Notes under the pieces: generated by a model
Seen by the model: the letters and a program-made list of their open reading frames with translations, nothing else
The model's database searches: none
What the model was told of the DNA's origin: nothing
Position numbers and translations under genes: made by a program
Source of the DNA: Octopus sinensis
Taxonomy: Eukaryota
NCBI RefSeq assembly: GCF_006345805.1
Contig: NC_043011.1
Coordinates: forward strand, 22,270,464 to 22,334,463
Length of the DNA stretch: 64,000 nucleotides
Direction of reading: 5' to 3'
In this document: in pieces, positions 13,968 through 27,343 of the stretch
How positions within the stretch are numbered: the first letter of the stretch is position 1
Layout: each line of letters starts with the position of its first letter

Positions 13968-14141
13968 CTTTGACTGTAGCTTTTTCAGCATTTGGCATGA
14001 GTAATACTACATCACCATTCTGGACTCCACCTGTACATACTTTACCAGACACACAAAATCCACTGCCCAAGCCTTTAAACACATCTGAGATACACAACCT
14101 AAAAGGACTGTCGATAGCACGATCCAGACTGTAAAACTTGT
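13968..14141 (-). CDS. HBS1L: HBS1-like GTPase exon, domain II (DKFYSLDRAIDSPFRLCISDVFKGLGSGFCVSGKVCTGGVQNGDVVLLMPNAEKATVK)
   Basis: 174 nt with a poly-T tract, CAG acceptor and GTAAGC donor, phase 1->1. It contains PFRLC.SDVFK. Confidence 0.96.
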
Positions 14142-14273
14142 CTGAAATTAAAAAAAAAAAAAATTAAATTTTCTCCATCATCATCATCATCATCACCATC
14201 GTTTAGCATCCGTTTTCCATGCTAGCATGGGTTATTAATGTTTTTTTTTTAGAAAAGCAAAAATATATCATAT

Positions 14274-14432
14274 CAGGAGTGGCTGTGTGGTAAGTAGCTT
14301 GCTTACCAACCACATGGTTCCAGGTTCAGTCTCACTGCGTGGCACCTTGGGCAAGTGTCTTCTACTATAGCCTCGGGCTGACCAAAACCTTGTGAGTGGA
14401 TTTGGTAGACGGAAACTGAAAGAAGCCCGTCG

Positions 14433-14515
<83 letters not shown>

Positions 14516-14735
14516 GTAGGTATATGTTTGTGTGTCTGTATTTGTCCCCCCAACATTGCTTGACAACCGATGCTGGTGTGTTTGCGTCTCCGTAACTTAG
14601 CAGTTCGGCAAAAGAGACCGATAGAATAAGTACTAGGCTTGCAAAGAATAAGTCCTGGGGTTGATTTGCTTGACTAAAGGTGGTGCTCCAGCATGACCAC
14701 ACTCAAATGACTGAAACGAGTAAAAGAGTAAGAGT
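14274..14735 (+). mobile_element. SINE family A with expanded (TA)n
   Basis: Same head and tail as 2990-3387, with a long (TA)n at ~14433-14504. Confidence 0.85.
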
Positions 14736-15421
14736 ATATGAATATATCAACATATACTGTCGGATAATGAGTGTGGTCTCACTTTTAACACCCCACTAAG
14801 AGGTGAATTATTGATTTTATGGTTAAATAGACCAAGTTGTAGCACCATATATCTTAATATACTTTATAGTTTAGGTTTCTATTAAAAAGGGAGGCATTTT
14901 GCATGACTAATCTCTCTTGATTACCACTTTTTGTTATATGTATATATTTCTGTTGAGAAACATGAATTTTGTTTCAGTTAATTTTGAAGTTTATAATTTT
15001 GTCATTATTAAGCTGATTTTTGGAACTTGAATTACATATAAAACTTTGATGGCAAGTTTTCATTTAGACCACTTTAAAAGAGGAAGCTTGTATCATAGAA
15101 TCAGGAGTGGTTTCAGATGTGTTGGTATTAAAAGCGTTAAGTCATCTCTGAATGGATTTTAGTGAAAGCACATGGCCTAGTGGCTATGGTGTTGTACTTA
15201 CAACCTCAAGATTATGGTTTCAATTCCTGGACTAGGTAGTGCTTTGTTTTCTTGAAAAAACACTTCATTTCATATTATTCCAGTCTACTGAGCTATGAGT
15301 ACCCTGTGATGGACTGGTGTCCTATTCAGGGAGAATGTTGTGATCTTGGTTACTTTTATGTCATAGAAACTGGGAAACCATCCCTATGATTCCAAGGGCT
15401 GGAGACAATAGCTCTCTAGAT

Positions 15422-15724
15422 CAGTGTTTCTCAACCATTTTCTACCTATGGGCCCCTCTGATTTCTATTTTACTTGGGTGGATCCTACTAGTCATTCAAT
15501 TTTTTTTTTTAAATCCTGTTTTAATTTTATAATTAAGTATTATCAGGAACTGTATAAAAATTAATTTTAAAATATTTTCGGTGCTGCAGCATGGCCACAG
15601 CTCGTGAGCTGAAACTAGATGAAATGAAATGTAGAAATATAACCAATTTATTGGAGATAAATTTTAAGAACAAAATATTATCTGGACCTCTTAGGACCAT
15701 TTGAACCTTGGTTGAGAACTACTG
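15422..15724. mobile_element. hAT (Charlie-like) MITE
   Basis: TIRs CAGTGTTTCTCAACC / GGTTGAGAACTACTG and an 8-bp TSD CTCTAGAT / GTCTAGAT. Confidence 0.8.
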
Positions 15725-16214
15725 GTCTAGATAGATATGGATTTTTAAATCTATTTTTGCTAAAACTTTACCTTCAGAGTAAATCAGGTTTGTATTTACT
15801 GTGATATAGATATACACTCATAACATTATATATGTACTTTGCTTAACTGTTTTATAACTTTATGTGTATAATAATGCTGATGAGTAATGTAACTGTGAGT
15901 ATCTTAATAGATTTATGACTAAATTTGCTCGGTCATCGGGAATAAAGCACAGGATAGCTTCAGGCTGTAAATTAATTTAGATTATTTAATAAATAAATTC
16001 TAGAAATGTTGGTTGACAGCTGTTAGTAATTAAAAAAATTATATGATGAAAAATTATCCTTGATCTTTCCAATATATCAAGAGACTTCTAATACAACTGG
16101 ACTGAGTAAGATGCAGCAAATATGATACAGTATATAGTATATAACCAGTTGTAAACATTTGAAGCTGTAATGAGATATTTATTCCAAAAGATAGGTTAAC
16201 TCTTTAATAAGTAG

Positions 16215-16790
16215 TTGTACACTGAAACAGAGAAGAGTTTTATTGAGCTGGTGTATAAAGAAGTTGGGCATAAGAGGAATTATATGCAGTGTGCAAGAGA
16301 GGAGACTACACTGGTTTGCTCGTGTGATGTGGATGTATGAGGGCAGTTGCATAAAGAAGTGCTGATCACTTAAAGTGAAGCAAAATTGTGGAAGAGGGAG
16401 ACCCAGGAAGACATGGGATGACATATTGAAAGCTAGTTTCAAAATGCTGAGCCTTATGAAGGAGATGACAGAGAACCAAGGTATGTAGTGCATTGCTATA
16501 CTCAAGAAGACTTGCCCACCACAACAGAACCGAGATCCTAAAACTAAAGTGCCACGTAAAAAACACTGGTGCTGGTGCCACATAAAAAGTGCTGATGTTG
16601 GTGCCACATAAAAAGCACCCACTAGACTCTGTAAAGTGGTTGGTTTTAGGAAGGGCATCCAGCAGTAAACACCAAGCCAAAACAGACTGTGGAACCTTGT
16701 GTGACCCCTGGCCTTGTCAATTCCTGTCAAGCTGTCCAACCCATGCCAGCATGGAAAACGGACGTTAAATGTTGATGGTGATGATGTTGT
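16215..16790 (+). mobile_element. RTE LINE 3' end plus 3'UTR with (GAT)n tail
   Basis: Peptide GRGRPRKTWD followed by the abundant UTR ...AGGAAGGGCATCCAG...CCAACCCATGCCAGCATGGAAAACGGACGTTAAATG. Similar copies occur at 17785-18200, 18600-18850, 26735-27215, 37290-37625 and 43830-44250. Confidence 0.7.
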
Positions 16791-17498
16791 TGAGTACTGA
16801 GCACAAAGATCCTACTAAGAACCCAGAGAAACCAACAAAAAGCTACATCTCCACAATGGGTCCTCCACTGAATCATTATAATATGAAACAAAATCTTCAG
16901 CAATATCTTAGTAACTTAAAATCTTATGAAACATTTATTGCAATTGGTTGCTTCCCTATGGTAATTATATAAGAGAGGTATACAGTAAATTAATCTCAGT
17001 ATATTGTTATTACACTGTGAAGGCACATGACCTCTTGGTTAGAGTGTTGTATTCAAGATCTTGAGATCATGGTTTCAATTGCAAGACTAGTAGTGTATTG
17101 TGTTCTTGAGCAAAATTCTCTGTTTCATGTTGCTCCAGTCCACTTAGGTGTAAATGGGTAACCCTGCGACAGACTGACATTCTGTTCTGAGGAAATGTTG
17201 GCCTGCCTTCCAAGACAGTAGGCATTCTGTTCAGGAGGAATGTTGGCCTGCCCACATAACCAATGGAGAGGCATCATTCAAAAGCTACAACAATGTGTAG
17301 AAGCACATTGTGACCAGCAGGGTATAAGAACATTTAATAGTCCAGTTGATACAGTGGTACAGTGATACCATTGGCACTTATGATATCAGCTCTTGAGGAA
17401 CGGAATGTGAAACAACTCCCCAAAAGCCTGGGATATGGACTTAGAATCAAGAGGGAGAGAATTAAACTCAACTGTCTCCATCAAGTGAGTACTTTTAA

Positions 17499-17716
17499 CC
17501 CTTTAACATTTAAACTTGCCATATCTGGTTCAAATATTATTCAACCTGTTTTATGTTTGGACAGATCCAGCCTCTTACAGCTACCTTACAGTGTCATTCC
17601 AGAAATAAACAATCATAACCTCAAAATCTAGAAGCTATGAGATCATATATGGTTAATTCAAAACAATATAAATAAAGCAGTATCGCATTTGACAGAGTAA
17701 TCTGAATGCTAAAGGG
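17499..17716. mobile_element. piggyBac-like MITE
   Basis: TTAA-CCCTTTAACATT ... AATGCTAAAGGG-TTAA. Confidence 0.8.
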
Positions 17717-18218
17717 TTAATAAGATTACTTATAGATTTCTTCTTACTGAATGCACTGAGTGATGGGAAGGGATTAGTGGAATACTTCATTGTGTAAAGA
17801 AATGCTGATCTCTAACTGTGGAGGGGACCTGTGGAAGAGGTAAACCCAGAAAGACTTGGATGAGGCGATGAAGTATGATCTTTGGCTGTTGAGTCTCACA
17901 GAGGCAATGAAAAGTAACAGAACTTTGGTGATTTGCTGTGCTTGAGAAGACATGTCAAGCTGTAGTTGTAGCCAGTTGCCGGTGACATGTGAAAAGCATC
18001 CATGCCAGTGACATGCAAAAGGTACCCGTGCTGGTGACACACAAAGGGTACCCATGCTAAAAGACACACACTACACACTGTGGGGTGGTTGGCATTAGGA
18101 AGGACATCCAGCTGTAGAAACCAAGCCAAAACAGACAAATGGAGCCTGGTGCAGCTCTTCAGCTTAACTCAAGCCAGCATGGAAAATGATGCTAAATGAT
18201 TATGAAATATGAACAAAC

Positions 18219-18452
18219 CTATTTGCTCCAACAGACAATTGCCATTATACCAGGCTGCTAGTTCAGGTTGAGAAACTGGTTTAATTAAGTTTTCTCCTTC
18301 TAAACCACTGCATGGTACAAAACTGACTTCTTTGTCACGATATCCAGCTTGCTTGAGAAACGTCCCCAATTTTTTCACAATTTCATTATATCTTTCCTCT
18401 GACCAGTCAACTGTGTCCATTTTATTTACACACACAATTAGTTGAGCGATTC
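18219..18452 (-). CDS. HBS1L: HBS1-like GTPase exon with G4 (NKMD) and G5 (SGL)
   Basis: 234 nt inside ORF 18169-18678, CAG/GTTTGT, phase 1->1. It reads GIAQLIVCVNKMD...VPCSGLEGENL...WYNGNCLLEQI. Confidence 0.96.
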
Positions 18453-20293
18453 CTGCAACAAGAATAAATAACATAAGTACATAAATATATATATGTGTGT
18501 GCGTGTGTGTGGCCAAATAGTTAACAAAATGATTAATGACTGTACCAAAACTTAAGTGGTGTATATTGGATATACGGAATATTGGCAAGCTAAGTAAACT
18601 GTGGTCATTGCCAGTGTCGGTGACACATAAAGAGCAACTGTGCCAGTGACACATAAAAGGCACCCATGCCGGTGACATCTAAAAAACACCCAGTACGCTC
18701 TGTAAAGTGGTTGGTGTTAGGAAGGGCATCCAACCATAGAAACCATGCCAAAACAGATGATTGTGCAGCCTGGTGCAGCTTTCTGGCCTACCAGTCCCAG
18801 TCAAACCGTCTAACCCATGCCAGCATAGAAAATGGACGTTAAATGATGATCGTATAAGGTTAAATCATTTTTAAGATCAGGGTAATGCAATCTTGAGATC
18901 TTGGGCTTGATCTCATTGCATGGCACCTTGAATAAGCATCTTCTATCATGACCCAAGCCCTGTGAATAAAACTTGGTAGATGGAAACTGCTTGGAAGCCC
19001 TGTTAGATGGACTGTTACAATACTTCAAAGCGCTAGCTTTGTCACATGGTGCCATACTAGTTCTGCCTAGGGTTCATGTTAATGCTTTAAGTATGTATAT
19101 GTGTGTGAGCGGATATTGGACCACATACAATATAGTGCAATGAGTAGGCCATTCTGTTGATTGAATGACTGGGATACTCCAAAATTCAAAGTACTTTAAT
19201 TCTATCAACCCTGGAAGTATGACTGGTAAATTTGACATTGGGTGAGGTTTGCAGTGAGAATGTAAAAGAGATGGAACCAAAACCAAACATTTTGTCTGAT
19301 GCTCTAACAATTCTGAAAATTTGCTACACTCTGTGATTGATTTTGTTCAAGGATTTATTACCTGAAGATGAAGTGTTCACTGGAGCCCCTTAATGTATTG
19401 GCCCTGTGGCTCACAGTATTTAGAAAGTTGTCTCCACTTATCACTGATACAGTGGGTTTCTCCTAGTCATTAAACTTATTACAACTAATGCCAAAGTGTA
19501 AGTCATTTGCAGTCAGGTGTCTATAATGTCACTTATGCATTCCATTTCACAACCTTCCCATGAATTGGAGAAGGAGCTATATATAGTGCTTAAAAGGACT
19601 GAACTGAAAAAAGTTACTGGATTTCCAAAGTATTAGCCAATGTAGGTAGAAGAGATGATTGTAATGGCATGGCCATGTAAGAGTAGCACAAAACTGCAAA
19701 CATGTTCATAATGGCCTTGTAAATCTTATGGTATAAAAGGCAGCGAGCTGGCAGAAACGTTAGCATGCCGGGCGAAATGCTTAGCAGTATTTCGTCTGCA
19801 TTACGTTGTGAGTTCAAATTCCGCCGAAGTCGACTTTGCCTTTCATCCTTTTGGGGTCGATAAATTAAGTACCAGTTACGCACTGGGGTCGATGTAATCG
19901 ACTTAATACCTATGTCTGTCCTTGTTTGTCCCCTCTGTGTTTAGCCTCTTGTGGGTAGTAAAGAAATAGGTATAAAAAGTGAGACAATTACTGTGAAATT
20001 AAGCTGCTGAATTACAGACAACATGATAATGTGTTTAATCATTGTGTACAGATATGGTTATTATGTTGTGCTTTTGAATAAGGATCTCTCAGTATGTCTG
20101 TTTGATGTAGGCTGCTTCAATGGCAAGTAGGCTTTGTTTATATTTCAGCTTAGTTGTTACTTGTAGGAAGTTTCTTTAATAATCCAACAATATACAAATG
20201 ATCAAATTGCTAAAAAAAAAAAGCCATTTCATGCATAAGAAACACAACAAAAGTGCAAAACTGTTACAAAAAAGCAAGAAATGACTGGCTTAC

Positions 20294-20410
20294 CTAAAGA
20301 CCTAGCAAGCAAAGCATGTTCTCTAGTTTGTCCACCAGAAAGAAATCCAGTTTCAAATTCTCCTCGAGTGGCATTCACCACTAAAATAGCTGCATCAGCT
20401 TGGGCAGTGC
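20294..20410 (-). CDS. HBS1L: HBS1-like GTPase exon ([39 protein letters not shown])
   Basis: 117 nt, AAG/GTAAGC, phase 1->1, with the GEFETGF..GGQTREH motif. Confidence 0.96.
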
Positions 20411-20516
20411 CTTATAAATAGATGGAAACATGGATGTGAAAGAGGCAGAGAGAGATACGGCAAAAAGGAAGAGAGAGAGGTCATAATGATAATTACAAAA
20501 GTGTGTCTGTGAAAGA

Positions 20517-20533
20517 TAGAGGTCATAATAATT

Positions 20534-20607
<74 letters not shown>
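20517..20607. repeat. (GA)n(TG)n compound microsatellite
   Basis: Read directly; it lies ~105 nt upstream of the 20410 acceptor. Confidence 0.9.
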
Positions 20608-20608
<1 letters not shown>

Positions 20609-21157
20609 GTGCATGTCAATATATATGCACATGTGCATATGGGTACGTGATGTTGGGAAATGAAACACACTGAACATTAAGACAAGAGTCATTTTACGAG
20701 AAAAAGTATATACTTATAAATATCATTATCATCATCATAAATAGTGCTGTGAAGTGTGAAATAGGGAAATAATGAAGTAAAATGTAAAACAACATATTCT
20801 GAATATATAGTTCTGACAGTCACATTATTTAGTAACTGTGTGGCGATGGAGGGTGATATTTACTAAGATGCGATTTGAACATGGAACCTATAAACAAAAA
20901 TAAATTCTCTAAAGCATTTAGTTTTACACTGTATTGTCTTAACAATCATCACCATTTTATTTCTTTATTGCCCACAAGGGGCTAAACATAAAGGGCACAA
21001 ACAAAGACATACAAAGGAATTAAGTTGATTACATTGATCCCAGTGCATAACTGGTACTTATTTAATCAACCCCAAAAGGATGAAAGCCATCTGACCCATG
21101 TTAGCATGGAAAATTATATATTAATGATGATGAAAATTTAGTAGCGCTGATACTTAC

Positions 21158-21270
21158 CAGTTATCATATTAGGTATAAAGTCTTTATGCCCTGGAGCATC
21201 AAGCAGTGTGACGGTTTTATGTGAAGTCTCAAACATTGTCTGGGCGACATCCATGGTAACACCTCGATTC
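21158..21270 (-). CDS. HBS1L: HBS1-like GTPase exon with G2 (RGVT) and G3 (DAPGH)
   Basis: 113 nt, CAG/GTAAGT, phase 2->1. It reads [37 protein letters not shown]. Confidence 0.97.
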
Positions 21271-22299
21271 CTGGAGAGTAAAGGTCAATTGAAATATGTA
21301 CAATGTAAAGGACAATAACAGGAGCTGTTTTGCATATTGACATAATTTGCTTTTATAACACTATACAAATCCTATGTAAAATCATTGTTTACTCCCTCCC
21401 ACATGTCCTCAGTAATTTTTTTTTGAATCTTAAAGAAAACTTGGAAGAAGTTCAAAATTTAAATGAAATATTTTGTAACGACTTTTGTTTCATTGCGACC
21501 ACAATCGTTACATTAATGCTATGCTGCCCCTTCCATGACTCGTCGTCACTGCTGCCGCCGCATGCTCCGCCACCGCCGCATGCTCCGCCACCACCACCGC
21601 TGCTACTGCTACTACTACTTCTGCTGCTGCAGTGGTGAGAGAATTTTTACATGGTTGCTCAACATGCTAGAACTAGCAGCCACAATCCCTCAAATCACAC
21701 CATATTGCCTTAAAAAGAAAAAAAAAACACTGTAGTCCTAAAAGGTGGAATGGTCATTAGCTGGAATGCCTTTGATTATAGGTTTGCTCAATCTTGGCTG
21801 ACTTAGGACTCAACAACAACTACTACTACAATAATTAGTACTAATACCATCATTCCTTCTATTACTGCCTCATCATCGTCACCATTACCACCATCTGCAC
21901 AGACTTAGCTAGTTCTACTACTACTACTACACTTCATATAAAAGCTGGCACTCCATTGGTTACAACAACAAGGGTTCCAGTTGATCTGATCAATGGAATA
22001 ACTTGCTTGGGAAATTAACATGCGAGTGGCTGAGCACTTCACAGACATGTGTACCTTTAACAAAGTTCTCAGGGAGATTCAGTGTGACAAGGCTGGCCCT
22101 TTGAAATACAGGTACTACTCGTTTTTGCCAGCTGCGTGACTGGAGCAGCATGAAATAAAGTGTCTTGCTCAAGGATACAATGTGCGGCTGGGTACTGAAC
22201 TCACAACCTTACAATCATGAGCTTGGTACCTTAACCACTAAGTCACATGCCTTCATATAATATTGATAGAAAAGACGAGTTCTTTAGGCATTTACTTAC

Positions 22300-22459
22300 C
22301 TCTCTTCTTCAGTTTCATCAAGGACCCAGGCATAAGCAAATGATCCCTTTCCAAGCTTTTTAGACTCCTGTTCAAACTTATGCATCAATCTTTTATTTAC
22401 TGTTCCCAGTTGATACAAAAGGTGTCCCATAAGTGTACTTTTACCAGCATCCACATGAC
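22300..22459 (-). CDS. HBS1L: HBS1-like GTPase exon with P-loop G1 (GHVDAGKS)
   Basis: 160 nt, CAG/GTAAGT, phase 1->2. It reads [15 protein letters not shown]...[18 protein letters not shown], the HBS1-type rather than eEF1A/eRF3-type signature. Confidence 0.97.
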
Positions 22460-23348
22460 CTGTCAATAGTGGAATATCAGGGTTAATCAGACAAACTGTA
22501 GGACAATATTTTCTATGTTCTCACAGAAACGTTAACAGTGATAAACTAGCAGAAAACACTGGCCCTTTGGATCTTAGTGATGCAAGAAAAAGGTTGGTTA
22601 ACTGATAGTCCTATAATAATTATTTCTAATTTAAGTTTAAGACAAGAAATTTGAAGGGAAGCAGCTGTTGATTACATCAATACCAGTAATTACTGGTACT
22701 TTATTTTATTGACTGCTGAAAAATGTAAGTCAAAGTTGACCGCATCAAGATTTGAACTCAGAATAAATATTACAAGACATTTTCTCCATTGCTCTAACAA
22801 CCCTGCCAATCCACTGTCTGTAATAATAATCCTTTACATGATAGGCACAAGGTCTGAGAGCTTGGGGGAGGGCTCTAGTTGATTACAGTGGCCACAGTGT
22901 TCAATTGGCACTTTATTTTATCAGCTTTCAAAGGATGAAAGGCAAAGTTCACGTGAGTGAATTTGGTAGACAAAAACTGAAAGAAGCCGGTCATATATAT
23001 ATATATATATATATAATATATATATATATGTATGCTAATCATGGAAATGAAATTCATGCTAATTATGGAAATTAAATTGTATGCTAATTATAGAAATAAA
23101 ATTCATAAATTAATAAATATAAAGTTAACAGCTTTTAGAGTTTGCAAAATTTGTAACTTTTCACTAAATTTTAAAATTTCCAAAAGTAAAAGCCCAAACA
23201 GAAAAGATTCCTCATAAATAATGCATGGACATCAGGGAAATATGTCCTGTGTATCACATATGACACACAGGAGAGGCAATGGGTTAAAAGACATAAGAAG
23301 TTACTATGCAATAATTAATTATTCATAATAATTTATCAGAATACTTAC

Positions 23349-23434
23349 CAATAACTACTAAGTTTATTAATTCTTTTCTTCCTTCTTGTCGTTTTTCATA
23401 TTCCTTTTTTAAGTCAAGTCTTTCATATTTTGAC
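23349..23434 (-). CDS. HBS1L: HBS1-like GTPase exon (SKYERLDLKKEYEKRQEGRKELINLVVI)
   Basis: 86 nt, CAG/GTAAGT, phase 2->1. It leads into G1 via NLVVI|G. Confidence 0.95.
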
Positions 23435-26116
23435 CTGGAAGAAAAGTTTCATAATTGTTAACAACACAGCAATGGAACAACTGATTGAGCCTTAGAAATA
23501 GCAGTCAAATCTCCCTTGATTGACAATCTGTTTTCTTGAAAAGAAAAAATTGACTGAAACATTGGATAACACAGTCAAGGATACACAATAACTGAGAAAA
23601 AGAAGGACAGGATGGTCACAGCTAGGACACTTTTGATCATGGATCAGTTTGATCCGAGATGATTTGGGGTTAAACAACAACTGGATGTTAGTTTGTATAT
23701 TTGCAACTTCACTGTGGTTTTAAATAATGCTGCCACCACCAACACTGTCGTATAATTTTGTCTGACCCATATGAGCATTGAATAGTGATTCAATGTTCAT
23801 ATGGGTCAGACAAAACTGATTGACACAGATTTTCCATGGCCAGATGTCCTTCCTGCCACCAACCCTCATGTTTCTGGGCAAGGTAATATTTCCCCATGGC
23901 AGGATACATTTTAAGGGAAGACTAGAATCGAACAATATCGCTTGCATGATGGTAATACTCATTTACAACACCATCATATGATGAAAAGACAGGGTACTTA
24001 AAAACACACACGTATACATATATACATACATATAAGAAGCACTCACATGCACAATGGTCTTCTTTCAGTTACCACCTGCCAAATGCACTCACAAAGCTTT
24101 GGTTAACCTGGGGGTATAGTTGAAGACATTTGCCCAAGGTACCATGCAGCAGGACTGAACCTGAAACCATGCAGTTGGGAAACAAAATTTCTTAACCACA
24201 CTGCCAAGCCTTTACCTATTAAAAAATGTCTTGGGGTGTAAATTATTTCTACACTTCATGTTTTATATGGTGAGGAGCTGTTAGGGCATTGGATAAAATG
24301 CTTTGTAATATTTTTCTGACCTGCACTTTGAGTTCAAATCCCACTAAACCTTGTTATGTCTTTCATCCTTCAGGGTTAATAAATAAAGTACTAGTTCAGG
24401 TCAAAAGATTAGCAGAATAGAGCTTCAAATGGCAATCTGTGTAATATTTGCTCCAGCTCAGTGCATTCTGAATCAAAATCTACCACCACCCCTGTTACCA
24501 GAACCCCTTCCACCAAAAAGAAAACTCCTTACAAACTCTACTGGATTCATTTTATGGTGGCCTCAACATTTGAGAAATTGTGTGTGGTTTGAGGGGTGAA
24601 CATGCATTAAGTGATTGGGTGTACTCTCAGTATGCATCTGTAGGCCAGTTGGGAGAAGGCCATAACCCTTGATGATGATGGTGAAGAAACATGAAGTTTT
24701 TTTCTTTTAATCAGATTCTGATTTCTAAAACAAAATATTTTCTACATTACCAGTAAATTATTTGTTTCCTTTTCATATATAAATTCATGAAATTAGACAC
24801 CAAGAAGTTTCCTTAGCATTGCAAGTTAGGCTGAACATAGGGTTTACAATTCTAGCAGAAAATAAAAAAAGATAAAAAAATATGGTAAGAATGCATTTCT
24901 GGCATTGATGAGAACCAACTAGATAGTCTGTTCTAGGAAACTTTTGACTCTTTGGCCCAGGCTCCATTGCTTATCAGGCTGAGAAAAGCAAACTGTCAAA
25001 GTATTGGTCACTCTCTGACAGGCTTATGGTTGAATCTGTGGCAGTGGAGACCTCCAGTATTCTCAATCCCTGGATTATATCGCTGCTCACCATTATCAGG
25101 GCTGAGATGGCTCTCTGCAAGTGTGAGCCCTGTGAGTCAGAATGATTGTTTCAGTGCATTTCCCTCACCATCCTTTGGAGCAGCGCCTTTTCCATTTTGT
25201 CTGCTAGGACTATGAGGTGGTCTGAATTACAAGAAATTGTATGTTCCACTTCTTAAAGTAAAGTATAAGATGTTCTGCTATTTAGAAGTAATATAAAACC
25301 ATACATTAAATTCATTCCTAGAGAGAAGATGCAAGTTTGACAATTAAAAAGAATGAAAAATTACTCTCTCAAATTCTTTCCAACTCTACATGTAACACCC
25401 ATTTCAAATAATCTACAATAGTAACTGTGCCCAGCAATACTACCAGCAGGGTAGGGGCATTGCTACATTGAGACAAATATTACAATCTCAAAAGTAATAT
25501 GTGTGAATATTGCCTATGCTTATCTGTTGTCAAAGATAGGACAGATCTGAACATCAGTTGAGTCCATTATGGTTTCCTTTGGCCGGAAGGACAGGCAGTT
25601 TTCCTCTGTCTGGTGACTTGTAGGAGAGGTAGGTATGAGGGGTGAACATTCACTGAGCGAGTGGGTGTATTCTCAGCATGCATCTAGAGGCCAGAGAATG
25701 TTAGTTGGGAGAAGGCCATAATTCTTCACAATCAAGATAATTCAAGATCTGAGGGGTTCCACAATTGATTTGAGGTAACTTTCCTACTCAATGGACATGA
25801 CAAAATTTGGAGTATAGATTTATTTTCCCCTTTGATGATGTGTAAAGCTCAGCACATTTTGTAACCTGTGTATGTTGCTTCATCTGGCACTCTTGTCGCA
25901 TATAAAAGAAAACCATCAACAACCTCAACACCTCCCCACTGCCACTGTTATCATGATGATGAAGATGATTATGATGAAATTTCATTCACAGGGCACTGGT
26001 AAACACGTTACTATAGCAGACGACACCAATCAGTCAATAATGCCCATTAAGTAGGACTGAACCCTAAACCATATGATTCTGAAACAAACTTCTTCATCTC
26101 ATGACCATGCAGTATA

Positions 26117-26593
26117 CAGGGTGGGTCAAAAATCACACACCAAAATAAATGAATGCTGGCCTTGTGCCAAAATTTGAAATCATCATCATCATCATTATTA
26201 TTAAGGTGGTGAGCTGGCAGAATTGTTAGCATGCCAGGAAAGATGCTTAGCAGCATTTCGTCCATCTTTACATTCTGAGTTCAAATTCTGCCAAGGTCAA
26301 CATTATCTTTCATCCTTTTGGGGTCGATAAAATAAGTACTAGTTGAGTACTGGGGTCAATGTAATCAACTTAACCCCTCCTCCAAAATTTCAGGCATTGT
26401 GCCTTTAGTAGAAAGGATTATTATTATTATTATTATTATTTTTCATTTTGTACATCATGTACAAGTATGTGTGTATTCATCACTGTTTTATTTTATTTAT
26501 TTATTTTATTCAATTTTAGAAAAACTGAAGCAGGTCTTTGATAATTCCGGAGTGTGTTGAACTTATTTTGTGTGTGACTTTTGGTTCACCCTG
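26117..26593. mobile_element. Tc1/mariner-like MITE carrying a SINE B insertion
   Basis: TA-CAGGGTGGGTCAAAAATCACACAC ... GTGTGTGACTTTTGGTTCACCCTG-TA. Confidence 0.7.
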
Positions 26594-26625
26594 TATAATA
26601 AAAGTATGAAAAGGAGTCATAGTTA

Positions 26626-27321
26626 ACCCATTTGATACCAACCCACCTAAAATTGGCTCTGGTCCTGTGATGCAAATTCCTGTTTTAAAGTGATCTAAAT
26701 TGAAAACTTCTATCAGAATTTCATATCAATTTATATCGAAATCAAATTCAATGACTGGCATCCGTGCTATTGGAGCACTAAGAGTACCATACAAGCGTGA
26801 TCGTTGCCAGAGCAACAAGCTGGCCTCCATGCCGATGGCATGTAAAAAGCACCATTTGAGCGTGATCGTTACCTGCGTCACCTTACTGGCACTTGTGCTG
26901 GTGGCATGTAAAAAAACATTCAAGCGAGGTCGTTGCCAGTGCCACTAGACTGGCTCCTGTGCAGGTGGCACATAGAAAGCACCATTTGAGCATGTCTGCT
27001 GCCAGTACCGCCTGACTGGCCCTCATGCCAGTGGCACATAAAAGCACCCACTACACTCTCAGAGTGGTTGGTGTTAAGAAGGGCATCCAGCTGTAGATAC
27101 TCTGCCAGATCAGATTGGAGTCTGGGCAGCCATCTGGTTTGTCAGACCTCAGTCAAATCGTCCAACCCATGCTAGCATGGAAAGCGGATGTTAAACAATG
27201 ATGATGATGATGATGTTACAAGCACCAGCTTAATAATGTTATGTTACTAAATTCATTATTATTTTCAAAATTAATTGAAACAAAGGCAGTATATTTCTAC
27301 AGAAATATGGTAACAAAAGGG
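26626..27321. mobile_element. TTAA-flanked MITE interrupted by an RTE 3'UTR (26735-27215)
   Basis: TTAA-CCCATTTGATACCA ... TGGTAACAAAAGGG-TTAA. Confidence 0.6.
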
Positions 27322-27343
27322 TTAAATGAAAAAAGTTCCTTAC

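Noticed and set aside
14268-14702. ORFs with YIYI/HTHT/CVCV runs (also 34664-35136, 47162-47730, 50714-50953)
   Set aside because: These are translations of SINEs and dinucleotide microsatellites.
18219-22459. eEF1A or eRF3 assignment
   Set aside because: The long N-terminal linker and the motifs [22 protein letters not shown] and [15 protein letters not shown] fit HBS1L.
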